Shown here: piece by piece, positions 20,679-30,702 of the stretch
Layout: each line of letters begins with the position of its first letter
Numbering within the stretch: position 1 is the stretch's first letter
Source: Candidatus Woesearchaeota archaeon
Lineage (GTDB): Archaea; Nanobdellota; Nanobdellia; Woesearchaeales; BS150m-G63
NCBI GenBank assembly: GCA_016784165.1
Contig: JADHVD010000005.1
Coordinates: forward strand, 3,385-67,384
Direction: 5' to 3'
Length of the DNA: 64,000 nucleotides
Translations under genes and position numbers: made by a program
Notes under the pieces: generated by a model
What the model was told of the DNA's origin: nothing
The model's database searches: none
Seen by the model: the letters and a program-made list of their open reading frames with translations, nothing else

Positions 20679-21602
20679 TTACTTTTCTTTATTTTCTGTT
20701 TTACTCAACCAATAATCTAACATTTTAGAATCTTCTTCAGAGTCTATATCCAAAGATGTTGCAACACTATCTACTTCTATAAGCCTAAATCTAGTTCCTA
20801 AAAACTCAGAAGCTTTTTTATTAACATCAAAAACAGTTAAAGTTTTCTTAAAATATTTTACCACTTCTGGAAATGCATCTTTTGCGGTATAAAATAAATT
20901 TATTGGATCTTTTAATTTTCTTAAAGAATAAATCAAATCAATATTTTCAATACTTTTAATCTCTTCTGGATTTGCGTATGCCATATTTGATAATCTAAAT
21001 CCTCTTCTATGAAATTCTTCCTTACCCGAATCTTGGGCTTTTACATCAAAAACATCATCAATCATCCAAAAATAGGGTCTATTAAATATTTTAGATTTTC
21101 CTTGCATATTTTCTTTACCAATGATTGCATAAAAGGCATCATAATCTTTCATAAAAGGGGTGCATTGATCAACAAAAGAATCATAATCTTCAGGCGATGC
21201 CTTGGGGATATCACAAGGCAAAAATAACGCACATTCTCCATTTTTTTGTGCTTTAGAATTTTTATAACCTTCAATTCCATTTTTAACTAAACTACCTACT
21301 TGTTGAATATATTTTACAGGCATACCATAATCTTTATCCCCTAATATTGCCTCTAATCTTTCTTTTTCCCCTATAACAACTAAATCATCAATAGACTCTG
21401 CTTTTGCAATATTCTCAATAACTGCACTAACCATTGGAACTTTTTGAATTTCATTACCCACCCTAATTTTAATTTGCTTTAAAGGTTTATATTTTCCCCA
21501 AAAATAAGTTTCTCCATAAATTTTCTGATAATACCATCTAGCTAATTTAGTTTTTGGTGTATCTTTTACAGGTCCTCCTGCTAAAATAATCGCACTAACC
21601 AT
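20679..21602 (-). CDS. MobA-like / GT-A fold NTP-transferase family protein (ORF track extends to 21668)
   Basis: MVSAIILAGG, K.L, FLPCDIP, C-terminal LDIDSEED. Confidence 0.75.
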   Translation of the reverse strand: MVSAIILAGGPVKDTPKTKLARWYYQKIYGETYFWGKYKPLKQIKIRVGNEIQKVPMVSAVIENIAKAESIDDLVVIGEKERLEAILGDKDYGMPVKYIQQVGSLVKNGIEGYKNSKAQKNGECALFLPCDIPKASPEDYDSFVDQCTPFMKDYDAFYAIIGKENMQGKSKIFNRPYFWMIDDVFDVKAQDSGKEEFHRRGFRLSNMAYANPEEIKSIENIDLIYSLRKLKDPINLFYTAKDAFPEVVKYFKKTLTVFDVNKKASEFLGTRFRLIEVDSVATSLDIDSEEDSKMLDYWLSKTENKEK

Positions 21603-21701
21603 ATACCTTAAAAAACACCCGTCCAGTATAAAAACTTTTGCTTTATTACCATCACACAGGGAGAACAAATCAAAAAGAAACCAAAAAAATTCAAATATCC
21701 A

Positions 21702-23633
21702 TCAACCAAAGAAATTCTTTACTTTGTCAACATATTCTTTACTAACTTTAACATCCCAATCATCTGGAAAACACCTAAGATAATGATTCCAAGCATATCT
21801 CTCATCTAAAAACACAATAATTCCTTTATCTTTTTCAGATCTAATACATCTTCCAGCATTTTGTAACACTTTAGTTATAGCAGGCAAAACATAACCATAA
21901 TCCCATCCTTTGTCAAATCTTTCATCATAATATTTAATTAACTCTTTAGTCTCTAAATCAGGCGGTTGTAAAGGAATACCCACAACTATAACGCCTTTCA
22001 AAAGATCTCCCGGTAAATCTATGCCCTCACCAAATGAACCTGCAGTAATCCCCAAAAACACCATCCCTTTTTCCTTATGTTTCTTAAATTGCTCCAATAA
22101 TTCTTTTTTCTCTTCTTTATTGGCTCCTTTTTTCTCAACAATAATCTTCCTATCACACAATTCATTAAAATAATGATAAACAGAATGCATCAACCCGTAA
22201 CTAGGAAAAAATATGATTGAATTTCCAGGAATATTATTAACAATTTCAGCCCCTATTCTTCCAATTTCTTTAAATTGCTCTTCACTTCTTGCAGAATATT
22301 TAGTAGTAGTTTTAGGTACAATCAAATTAAGCCGATTCTTTTCAGGAAATGGATTCCCATATATTTTCTCAACAGAGTTCTCAGGAAAACCTAACACATC
22401 TTTATACAAAGATGTGGGAGTCAAAGTACCACTCATAATTATCAAAGAATAAACCTCTTCAAACACATCAGAAGTCACCAAAGAAGGATCTAGACAACGA
22501 TAACTCAAAGTTATAAGGGGTGCAGTTTTATACTGTTTTTTTGACAATATTCTTGCATAACCCAAATCTAATCCTAGCCACCCATCCAAGAAACTTGCAA
22601 CAGCACCAATATAACTCTGTCTTTTTTCTTTTCTAATGTCATCGCCTATAGTATCTAATTGCTCAATCAATAAATCATACTCTTTTATTTCTCCAATTTT
22701 TTGAACAAAATCGACTTTATTAACCAAAATTTCGCCACCAAAATCTAATCCCTCTGCAAACCCAACCAACACCTCGTTTATCTTCTGCAATAATTCTCTA
22801 GCTTCTTTAAATCCATTTTCTCTAGCTTCTTTAATTGCCCTATTCATAGTAAAATTAGATAACTTAAGAGTCAACAAATCTCTAACCCTGTCAGGCAAAT
22901 TGTGTCCTTCATCAACAATCACTATCAAATCTTCTAATTCCTTGCCTATCTTATTCAAAAAAGTTGTACGAATAGATGAATTAAACAAATAAAAATAATC
23001 AGCAACAATCACTTTTGCTTTACTACACAAAGCCAATGCAATCTCATAAGGGCAGAGTTTCTCACTCACGCATTCTTTAACCAACTCTTCTGAATGTGAA
23101 GGGTACATAAATCCCAATTCATTTACAATTTTTTTAGCTTTAACTGTTAAATTTCTTTTTTCAATAGTATTAGAATAAAACTCACATTTACCTTCTTCCC
23201 TTTGTAATTTACAAAACTCTCTAAATTCATGAGCTGGAAATTTATCTATTCCTTGAACACCACACATCCATTTTTTTCCAATAATGTCTGCGACAACAAA
23301 TTCCTTTCCATTCTTTTTTTGATTATATGAAAAAAATTCTTTTAATTTTTTTGTACGGCTTGAGGAATTTTCTAAATTCTTCTTAATATCTTTCAAAGTA
23401 TCCATTGCAACAACATGTTGAGTATGCCTTGAAGTGAGAAACACTACAGTCTTATTTTTTTTTAATGCATAAAATAAAGCTGGACCTAGCACAGAAATAG
23501 TTTTTCCAATACCTGTTGGAGCATGCATCAATACTCTTTTCCCTTTTTCAATTGACTTACCCACATCATCCAACATCTCTTTTTGAATAGGCCTTATTGT
23601 GGAATAAGGAAACAAAATTTCACTTGGTTCCAT
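21702..23633 (-). CDS. xpd: XPD/Rad3-family Fe-S DNA helicase
   Basis: APTGIGKT, four Fe-S Cys (WMC, FC, KC, LCPY), DEGHN, SGTL, GEGID, QNAGRCIRS. Confidence 0.93.
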   Translation of the reverse strand: MEPSEILFPYSTIRPIQKEMLDDVGKSIEKGKRVLMHAPTGIGKTISVLGPALFYALKKNKTVVFLTSRHTQHVVAMDTLKDIKKNLENSSSRTKKLKEFFSYNQKKNGKEFVVADIIGKKWMCGVQGIDKFPAHEFREFCKLQREEGKCEFYSNTIEKRNLTVKAKKIVNELGFMYPSHSEELVKECVSEKLCPYEIALALCSKAKVIVADYFYLFNSSIRTTFLNKIGKELEDLIVIVDEGHNLPDRVRDLLTLKLSNFTMNRAIKEARENGFKEARELLQKINEVLVGFAEGLDFGGEILVNKVDFVQKIGEIKEYDLLIEQLDTIGDDIRKEKRQSYIGAVASFLDGWLGLDLGYARILSKKQYKTAPLITLSYRCLDPSLVTSDVFEEVYSLIIMSGTLTPTSLYKDVLGFPENSVEKIYGNPFPEKNRLNLIVPKTTTKYSARSEEQFKEIGRIGAEIVNNIPGNSIIFFPSYGLMHSVYHYFNELCDRKIIVEKKGANKEEKKELLEQFKKHKEKGMVFLGITAGSFGEGIDLPGDLLKGVIVVGIPLQPPDLETKELIKYYDERFDKGWDYGYVLPAITKVLQNAGRCIRSEKDKGIIVFLDERYAWNHYLRCFPDDWDVKVSKEYVDKVKNFFG

Positions 23634-23801
23634 ACTTAATTAAAAAAACAACCACTTAATAAATCTTATGGAGTCAATCTTGAAATATTTTCACAAAAAA
23701 GTATATTCTACAACCTATATAATGAAAAATAGCAATATTTAAATAACTTTAAACAACCCTATAATTTAAAACATATATCAGATTAGATACTGGGGGTTTT
23801 A

Positions 23802-24071
23802 ATGAATAATAAAAAAATTTTCAATGTATTTTTTAGGGAAAAACCAGCAATGATGTTGGTAACTTTAAAAAACTCAAAAGATGGCACTTATGCGTCTTCT
23901 TTAGCTAAGAAAATAGATTGCACTTATTCTCATGTTGTTAAAATCCTTCAAGAAATGGAAAGAGCTGGACTGGTTAATTTCAACAAACAAGGAAGATTAA
24001 AAGTATTAACTTTAACCAAAAAAGGCGAAAAAATAGCAGAATATATTGATAACATTAAAAGCACTTTATAA
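23802..24071 (+). CDS. Winged-helix (MarR-like) transcription regulator
   Basis: SLAKKIDCTYSHVVKILQEMERAGLV...GRLK.LTLTKKG; GGGGGT RBS. Confidence 0.85.
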   Translation: MNNKKIFNVFFREKPAMMLVTLKNSKDGTYASSLAKKIDCTYSHVVKILQEMERAGLVNFNKQGRLKVLTLTKKGEKIAEYIDNIKSTL

Positions 24072-24104
24072 AAATATTTAAAATCTAATTTTTAATTTTT
24101 TAAC

Positions 24105-25532
24105 TTAACTTTCAACAATTTTTTCTTCAATAGAATATTTAGTTAACACTTGTTTTGCAATATCCACAAACTTATCTTCATATTCTGTTGCAAATAATGC
24201 TCCAGCAGCATGTTTATGTCCACCTGCTTCTCCATCAACTTCCTCAGCAATCTTCTGTATAATCACACGCAAATCAACTTCTTCAGCAATATTACGCCCA
24301 GCAACCCTCATTGAAGCTTTTGTATTATCATCAAGCATTTGAGCCATAGAAAGAATATAATGCCCATCTTCAAATTCATTTGATTTTGATAATATACTAG
24401 CCATTGTACCGGCAACACTTGCAAGAATATTATCTTTAGCATTTATAATTGTAAATTTATTCCCATTAAAAATATTATTAGAATTTTTATTTGAATGATA
24501 CCAATCTAAAGATATAGCTATTTCTCTTCTATAATTTTTCATACTTTTCATAGCTGATTCTTTTGATTTTTTATCACCTAAACAAACTCCAATTCCCAAA
24601 GAAGCACGCTCCAATCGTCCACACGCATTCAATAAAGTTGAAAATTCTTTCACATCTTTCAAAGGGGAACCTTCTTTTTCTTCAACTAAAAGATATGAAT
24701 TAGAAAAAATATCCTCTGGATCTTCTTCTTTTGATCTTTTCATGATTATTCCTGCACGCAATCTTTCCATTTGCTCTTTATTTAAATCTCTTATCTTAAC
24801 TCTTTCTACCCTTTTATCATCAATCCCTACAACGTGTTTTAAGAATAGAATTGCGCCGCCCATAGAACCACTAATATCTGGAATATAGGGGTTATCTGTA
24901 TATTGAAGAATTCTGAACAAAGGGCGTGTTTGTTTCCCAAAAAATTTAAGTCCATTTTCTATAACTTCAAGTTTTTTAGCTTTAACAGCATCATCTAATA
25001 TCTCTAAATTCAAACTAGAAAAACCATTTTCATCCTGAATATCCCCAATAGCCCCAATTATTCCAAGATGTGCTAAGACCTTATTTTTACTATTAAGTTT
25101 CCTAGAAAAAAAGTAAGCAACTCCAGCTCCAGAAATTTCTGTTCCACCTTCAATCCCAAAAAGATTTGGATTAATATGTGTAACATTTTGCGCAATAGCT
25201 TTCTCTGGCTTATGGTGATCTAAAATTAAAATAGATTTATCTTTTAATATACTACCCATTGAAGAAATTTTACCAGAACCTAAATCAGTAAAAATAAAAT
25301 GTTTATATTCTTCCCTAGAATATTCATGTAGATTTTCATCTCCCAATTGTCTAATGATGGAGATAGAATAGCGCCGATTTTCATTATCTAAAGCGTTTAA
25401 CATAACCGCACAAGCACTAATACCATCTGCATCTAAGTGGGAGATTACACGTATAACTTCTTTTTTATCTATACGCTTAAACCACTTCACTGCTTCTTCA
25501 AAACTTTGCTTAAATTTAGCATATTTATCCAT
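24105..25532 (-). CDS. RecJ-like DHH phosphoesterase (ORF track start 25547)
   Basis: HLDADG, FTDLGSG, LDHH, GAIGD, GGHKHAAG; follows rps15 as in many Euryarchaeota. Confidence 0.92.
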   Translation of the reverse strand: MDKYAKFKQSFEEAVKWFKRIDKKEVIRVISHLDADGISACAVMLNALDNENRRYSISIIRQLGDENLHEYSREEYKHFIFTDLGSGKISSMGSILKDKSILILDHHKPEKAIAQNVTHINPNLFGIEGGTEISGAGVAYFFSRKLNSKNKVLAHLGIIGAIGDIQDENGFSSLNLEILDDAVKAKKLEVIENGLKFFGKQTRPLFRILQYTDNPYIPDISGSMGGAILFLKHVVGIDDKRVERVKIRDLNKEQMERLRAGIIMKRSKEEDPEDIFSNSYLLVEEKEGSPLKDVKEFSTLLNACGRLERASLGIGVCLGDKKSKESAMKSMKNYRREIAISLDWYHSNKNSNNIFNGNKFTIINAKDNILASVAGTMASILSKSNEFEDGHYILSMAQMLDDNTKASMRVAGRNIAEEVDLRVIIQKIAEEVDGEAGGHKHAAGALFATEYEDKFVDIAKQVLTKYSIEEKIVES

Positions 25533-25535
25533 ATG

Positions 25536-25561
25536 ATTACTCTGCAATTACTCTGCAATTA
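25536..25561. repeat. 11-bp tandem duplication spanning the rps15 stop codon
   Basis: ATTACTCTGCA ATTACTCTGCA ATTA. Confidence 0.85.
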
Positions 25562-26003
25562 ATTTAAATCTGTTTTCATCATATTTCCAATCTTTAGATA
25601 ATACACCAGTTCTCTTGTAGTATTTGATAAGTCTATTAATTTTTGAATCTGTAAGTTGTGATCCTCTCTTAGCAGTCATATCTTGTCTATTTTCTCCAAA
25701 ATGTTTTTTTAGATTAACAGACCTTTTAATTAAATTAAGTAAATCTTCTGGAAGTTCACCCAATAGATCATATTCTTTCAAAATTTGAGAAACTCCTTTT
25801 CCAATAATATCTTTTACACTAGGAATTCCATAAGAATCTCTTAAAATAAGTCCTATTTTAGATGATTTATTTCCATCTTTAGCTAACTTTAAAATTAAAA
25901 GCTCAACTTCTTTAGATTTATATCTTACCCAATCTTTTTTTTCTCGAGTACTTGGTCTAGTACTTCCACTTTTTCCTTTATCCCTTGAATGCATTCTTGC
26001 CAT
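25548..26003 (-). CDS. rps15: 30S ribosomal protein uS15 (archaeal S15/S13e)
   Basis: MARMHSRDKGKSGS, IGLILRDSYGIP, LPEDL, SKINRLIKYYK. Confidence 0.97.
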   Translation of the reverse strand: MARMHSRDKGKSGSTRPSTREKKDWVRYKSKEVELLILKLAKDGNKSSKIGLILRDSYGIPSVKDIIGKGVSQILKEYDLLGELPEDLLNLIKRSVNLKKHFGENRQDMTAKRGSQLTDSKINRLIKYYKRTGVLSKDWKYDENRFKLIAE

Positions 26004-26283
26004 TTTTTATGAACCTCGTGTTTTTAAGGGTAAATAAAAAACCTGAAAACGAGTATTAACAAGTATTCTGGTTTTAAACCCTTAACTATTTTTTAATCAA
26101 GATATGTGAGAAAGAATTATTATCTTATCTCCAGCATGAAAAAGCCCATTTGAACCGTTTCATCTCTCAATACCCTTATAAAAAAATCAAACCCTTTTAA
26201 ACCTTTCGGATTATCAAAAATATATCATAACTCTAGAATAGAAAACATTAAATAATATAATCACTCCAAAAATAAATGGGGAG

Positions 26284-26841
26284 GTGAATAATAATAAAAG
26301 TAGTAGTAAAACTATTAATAATAAAAGGGTAAAATTAATGACTAAAAAGAGAAATTATAAACAAATTCAATTGTACACTTTATTTGATACTCTATCTCAC
26401 TATATTTACAATCAAGATGAATTGGGAACTATTGTTGGTTATAGCGTCTTAGATGGATTATTTAAATTCAAATCACAATCTGGTTCTAAACAAGAGAGAA
26501 AATTTCAAGAAATAAAATCAGTTTACAATAGTTTAGATTATGTAATAACTTCTTGTAAGGATAGTACTAGCTATATTGCACTCTGTAAATTTCAATCAAA
26601 TTTAGATCCCATAATCCAAAAATATATTTCTGGGGAAAGAACTAAATTAAGTGAGAGTTATCTGCTTAAAAAAGTTTTAAGGGAAGAGATTTATCCTAAG
26701 AGAAAAAATCATGTAGACATTCTCAGAAGAGATGGATTAAAACTTTACAAAGGTATAATCGAAAGAGGTGCATTAATGGGTAATCATAATATTTTAACTA
26801 AAGACTACAATAATATTGAAGAGGCTTTTAATTTAAAATGA
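26284..26841 (+). CDS. Hypothetical protein translationally coupled to PhoH gene (start may be 26338)
   Basis: ATGA overlap with downstream gene; no recognised motif. Confidence 0.65.
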   Translation: MNNNKSSSKTINNKRVKLMTKKRNYKQIQLYTLFDTLSHYIYNQDELGTIVGYSVLDGLFKFKSQSGSKQERKFQEIKSVYNSLDYVITSCKDSTSYIALCKFQSNLDPIIQKYISGERTKLSESYLLKKVLREEIYPKRKNHVDILRRDGLKLYKGIIERGALMGNHNILTKDYNNIEEAFNLK

Positions 26842-28424
26842 CCAAGAATACAGAGTATCATGAAATTTTTGTTCCATTTAAAGATGTATATAAATTAGGT
26901 GGGGCTGAAATTTTTAAACAATTTGAACGTAATAAAAAAAACCAAAAAAATTTAGTAGTTATACCCATAGATTTTATTGATTCTTTAGATAATCCTCAAG
27001 AAAATTATATGGGTGGAGCTGAAGATGTTCTTAAATTCTTAAAAAAAACAAATAAAGAAAAAATTAGATCTACAAATGGAATCACCACCTATAAAGTTTT
27101 ACAAGGATTAGATATTGCAATTATTGATGACAACACACAAAAAAATTGTCCAGAAGTCTACTATTATGACGATAATAACGGAGTTTCGATGAGTAAATTA
27201 GAAGAAAAAATTACCTCTCAATGGAACATTAAAGAGAAACCTATATTTATAACAAACAATGCTAAAACCCACATTAAATTAGGGGGGTATGGGATACATA
27301 TTGAAGATCCTTATTTTTTACAAGTAAATGAAGATATTGTTAATGAGGGAATAATCATTGGAAATGAAGAATTGCAATCTGAACTTTACTCTCAGGAAGG
27401 GTTAATATCTCTAGAAAACGCAATGGACATTCTTGAAAGAGATCTATTTGTTAATCAGTTCATCCGTTTTATGGGACACAAGGATTATGAATACGCAAAA
27501 GTTTCTGCAGACTTCATCAAAAATAGTTCTGGGGAAATCATAGATAAAAAAAATGGACTTGTAGAATTATTATCCCCTCAAGAACACAGCAAAAAACTCA
27601 GAATCGGAAATCATTACATGAATGAAATATTGGGCATTCAACCCAGAGATATGGAACAATATCTTGCATTTCAGTACGGACTTCTAAATCCAGATGTATC
27701 CCTATTCGTACTATGTGGTTCTCAAGGTTCTGGTAAAACTTTATTGAGTTATGTCGCTGCAATAGATCAAGTGTTATGGTATGAAAAATCTATAAGAAAA
27801 CTAAGGAACACAGGTGAAATAGGAAAAGGAGGAGTTTTCAAGCAAATGATACTCTTAAAACCTAATGAAATAATGGGTGGAAAACGTAGAGATGTTGGAT
27901 TTTTACCTGGCTCTTTGTATGAAAAACTAAAACCCCATTTAGCACCTTATATTGATGCCCATAGAGAATCTTCCCTTAATGATTTATTTCCTTTTGAAGA
28001 AATGCTTAAACATCCTAAATTTACTAATGATTTCGGTGCACCAAGAGAAGATTGCATAAATAACATAAAAATCAATCAATATGGCCGCCTCCCATCAAAT
28101 ATAGAAATGATTGAAATGACTTATTCTGGTTATATGAGGGGCAGATCTTTCCGAGATTCCCTCGTCCTAATCGATGAAGCTCAAAATTTAACACCTTATG
28201 AAGTCAAAACAATCATTCAAAGACTTGGGGAAGGTTGCAAAGGAATTATAATGGGAGATCCAGCTCAAGTTGACAATCCTTTCTGTTCTAGAGAAATCAA
28301 TGGATTAACTCATGCTATTCAACATTATATCCATAGAGATTATTCGGCATTGGTCAATCTAACACGAAACTACCGTTCACAAATGTCTAAAGATGCTACT
28401 TCTTGGAAAGCTTTTAGCACTTAA
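26838..28424 (+). CDS. PhoH-family ATPase with degenerate N-terminal PIN-like domain (YlaK/PhoH2 architecture)
   Basis: GSQGSGKT, GFLPGSLYEKL, YMRGRSF, IDEAQNL, GDPAQVD; N-term VVIP...LD and FITNN resemble PIN. Confidence 0.88.
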   Translation: MTKNTEYHEIFVPFKDVYKLGGAEIFKQFERNKKNQKNLVVIPIDFIDSLDNPQENYMGGAEDVLKFLKKTNKEKIRSTNGITTYKVLQGLDIAIIDDNTQKNCPEVYYYDDNNGVSMSKLEEKITSQWNIKEKPIFITNNAKTHIKLGGYGIHIEDPYFLQVNEDIVNEGIIIGNEELQSELYSQEGLISLENAMDILERDLFVNQFIRFMGHKDYEYAKVSADFIKNSSGEIIDKKNGLVELLSPQEHSKKLRIGNHYMNEILGIQPRDMEQYLAFQYGLLNPDVSLFVLCGSQGSGKTLLSYVAAIDQVLWYEKSIRKLRNTGEIGKGGVFKQMILLKPNEIMGGKRRDVGFLPGSLYEKLKPHLAPYIDAHRESSLNDLFPFEEMLKHPKFTNDFGAPREDCINNIKINQYGRLPSNIEMIEMTYSGYMRGRSFRDSLVLIDEAQNLTPYEVKTIIQRLGEGCKGIIMGDPAQVDNPFCSREINGLTHAIQHYIHRDYSALVNLTRNYRSQMSKDATSWKAFST

Positions 28425-28458
28425 TTAAAAAAATCTTAATTAAAAAGAAACAAAAAAG

Positions 28459-28563
28459 TAGCCCCGCTCGGATTTGAACCGAGGTCCCGGGACATTTCCG
28501 AAAGGATAATTTCTCACCCATTTCTCCAAAATCCCGGATGATTGGCCGCTACACTACGGGGCT
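28459..28563 (-). tRNA. tRNA-Gln(UUG) with 32-nt intron (28494-28525) at position 37/38; CCA not encoded
   Basis: AGCCCCG/CGGGGCT acceptor stem, CGGGA-TT-TTG-G..G-TCCCG anticodon arm, GGTTCAAATCC T-arm; bulge-helix-bulge can be drawn at both junctions. Confidence 0.95.
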
Positions 28564-28603
28564 ATCTTATACACGATTAAGAATTAAAATGTAATATTTA
28601 AAA

Positions 28604-29338
28604 CTATTGTTTCCAGAACTCTAAAGCTTCTTCTTCCATAAAATGTAGTTTTCCAGGAATAATTAAACATTGAGGAAATTTAGTAAATTCAGCAGAAATA
28701 ATCTCTTTTATCTTGCCAAACCTAATCTCTGGTGCATCTGAACCTATCCCAGCACAACCGACTACACTTAATTCACTATCCAACCCTTTCTCCACTAAAA
28801 ATTCTAAAGCAGTATTTATAGTCATAAATTTATCTTGTTCTGGCCTTAAATCCAATAAAACCAAACTGTGCAAACCATTCTTTTGATTCTCCAGCACAAC
28901 CTCAACAGGCGCTCTCACATCTTTGTTCTCAAAAGGTATTGAGGTAACCTTACCGTATTTATACAACTCAAGTCCTACAACGCCCACTGCACTCAAAATA
29001 GAAGCATTGTGAATGATTTTAACTTTAATTCCATCCTTTTTAGCTCTCATCATCAGCTCAATATGGGTTGTAGCGCCAAAAACATCTCCAATCACTAAAA
29101 AAGCAACATTCTTAGTCTTAGCATCTTTTAGTATAGTCTCATCAGCCTTCTGTTCAACTAATTCACGATCAGCCAAAATAATCTTTTGCCCATAAAACTC
29201 TTCCAATTTTTCAACAGAACAAGCTAATTTAGAGGTATAACTCTCTAAATAAACAACATCAGCACCCTTAACAACTTCCAAGCCTTTAACACTAATGTCT
29301 TTCTCGTCATTCAGCCCAATTCCTATAAAATATAACAT
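28604..29338 (-). CDS. dph5: Diphthine synthase
   Basis: MLYFIGIGL, ESYTS, GDVFGATTH, GLELYKYGK, GLHSLVLLD. Confidence 0.95.
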   Translation of the reverse strand: MLYFIGIGLNDEKDISVKGLEVVKGADVVYLESYTSKLACSVEKLEEFYGQKIILADRELVEQKADETILKDAKTKNVAFLVIGDVFGATTHIELMMRAKKDGIKVKIIHNASILSAVGVVGLELYKYGKVTSIPFENKDVRAPVEVVLENQKNGLHSLVLLDLRPEQDKFMTINTALEFLVEKGLDSELSVVGCAGIGSDAPEIRFGKIKEIISAEFTKFPQCLIIPGKLHFMEEEALEFWKQ

Positions 29339-29519
29339 AAATCCAAGAAAACATGGTTTTCTTTATAAAATTAACTAGAAAGAAAAAAAAGAAGAAAAAA
29401 GAAAGAAATTAATAAAATAGAAATAAGAGAAAAAGAAAAAAAGGGAAAGGAAAAAAAATCACCTCTTTCTTCCCCTATAATTCACCTCGAATTTCCCTAT
29501 AAACAAAACCATAAAAATA

Positions 29520-29622
29520 AAAAAAGAAATCCCCCGAGGGGGATAATAAATGCCTTCATCAATTTAGCGTTGGGGGTGGTAAAAAAATGAAGGCAAGAAA
29601 GGCCTCACCTAATCATTGGTGA
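29520..29622 (-). terminator. Structured 3' region of ftsZ: large hairpin with ACCACCCCC loop, then GC hairpin and U-tract
   Basis: TGCCTTCAT (29551-59)/ATGAAGGCA (29587-95); ATCCCC-CGAG-GGGGAT (29529-44) followed by U-run on minus strand. Confidence 0.65.
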
Positions 29623-30702
29623 TCATCTATCCATGATTTCTATACCTAATTCTTCATTCATCAAGGCAGCTGTTTCAGCAGCTTGAGTCTTAGCGTCCAT
29701 TTTACCAAGAATCCAAGGGGATTTCACACCTGTAATAATTGTCATTACAGTTACTTTTCCCTTCATATTTTCATCAATTCTTGCTCCCCAAATGACATTT
29801 GCGTCTTCATCTAGGCTTTCAGTCACTAATTCTCCAATTTCGCTGATTTCATCCAAAGTTAAATCTGGTCCACCGCATACATGGATTAATGCGCCACTAG
29901 CTCCCTTATAACTTATATCTAATAAGGGGTTTGTTAATGCGCCTTTTACGGCTTCTTCAACTTTGTTAGTAGTATCTGATGCACCTACACCAATAGCTGC
30001 AACACCACCATCTTTCATAATTGCCCTTACATCTGCATAATCTAAATTAACTAAACTTGGTACAGCAATAGTTTCAACAATCCCTTTAATCATAGTTGAA
30101 ATTAGTTCGTTTGCTACTGCAAATGCTTGTTGTATTGGTAAATTACCTGCTATTTCAACAAGTCTATTGTTATCAATAACAATAACTGTATCTGCAACTT
30201 GCCTTAGTTGTTGTAAACCAAATTCAGCTTTATCTACTCTAGCTCTTTCAACTTTGAAAGGCATTGTAACTGTTCCAATAACTATTGAATTAGTATCTCT
30301 AGCAACACCTGCTACAACTGGTGCAGCACCTGTTCCAGTTCCTCCACCCATTCCTGCACATACAAATACCATATCAGATCCTTTCAAAGAATCTTTAATT
30401 TCTTGCATACTTTCCTGAGCTGCGTCAGTACCTTTAGCTGGATAACCGCCAGCTCCAAGACCTCGAGTGCTTTCTCTACCAATTAAATATTTTCTATCTG
30501 CCTCAGAAACATCTAAATGTTGTTGATCTGTATTACATGCAATAATTTCTGCTCCCTTGATTCCCTTCTTATATAACCAAGAAACCATATTATTACCTGC
30601 TCCACCAACTCCTATAACTTTAATATTTGCTTGATGCACCTTAATCCCTTCAAATTGTTTACTGTCTGTGTTATCAACTGCGTTTTGTATTATTTCCTCC
30701 AT
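29623..30702 (-). CDS. ftsZ: Cell division protein FtsZ (probably FtsZ2 clade)
   Basis: GVGGAGNN, GMGGGTGTG, VIDNNRL, NLDYADV. Confidence 0.98.
   Translation of the reverse strand: MEEIIQNAVDNTDSKQFEGIKVHQANIKVIGVGGAGNNMVSWLYKKGIKGAEIIACNTDQQHLDVSEADRKYLIGRESTRGLGAGGYPAKGTDAAQESMQEIKDSLKGSDMVFVCAGMGGGTGTGAAPVVAGVARDTNSIVIGTVTMPFKVERARVDKAEFGLQQLRQVADTVIVIDNNRLVEIAGNLPIQQAFAVANELISTMIKGIVETIAVPSLVNLDYADVRAIMKDGGVAAIGVGASDTTNKVEEAVKGALTNPLLDISYKGASGALIHVCGGPDLTLDEISEIGELVTESLDEDANVIWGARIDENMKGKVTVMTIITGVKSPWILGKMDAKTQAAETAALMNEELGIEIMDR

Noticed and set aside
29587..29622. GGGGGTGGT plus ATG as a plus-strand 11-codon ORF
   Set aside because: Too short, no promoter seen, and the ATG is part of the hairpin stem
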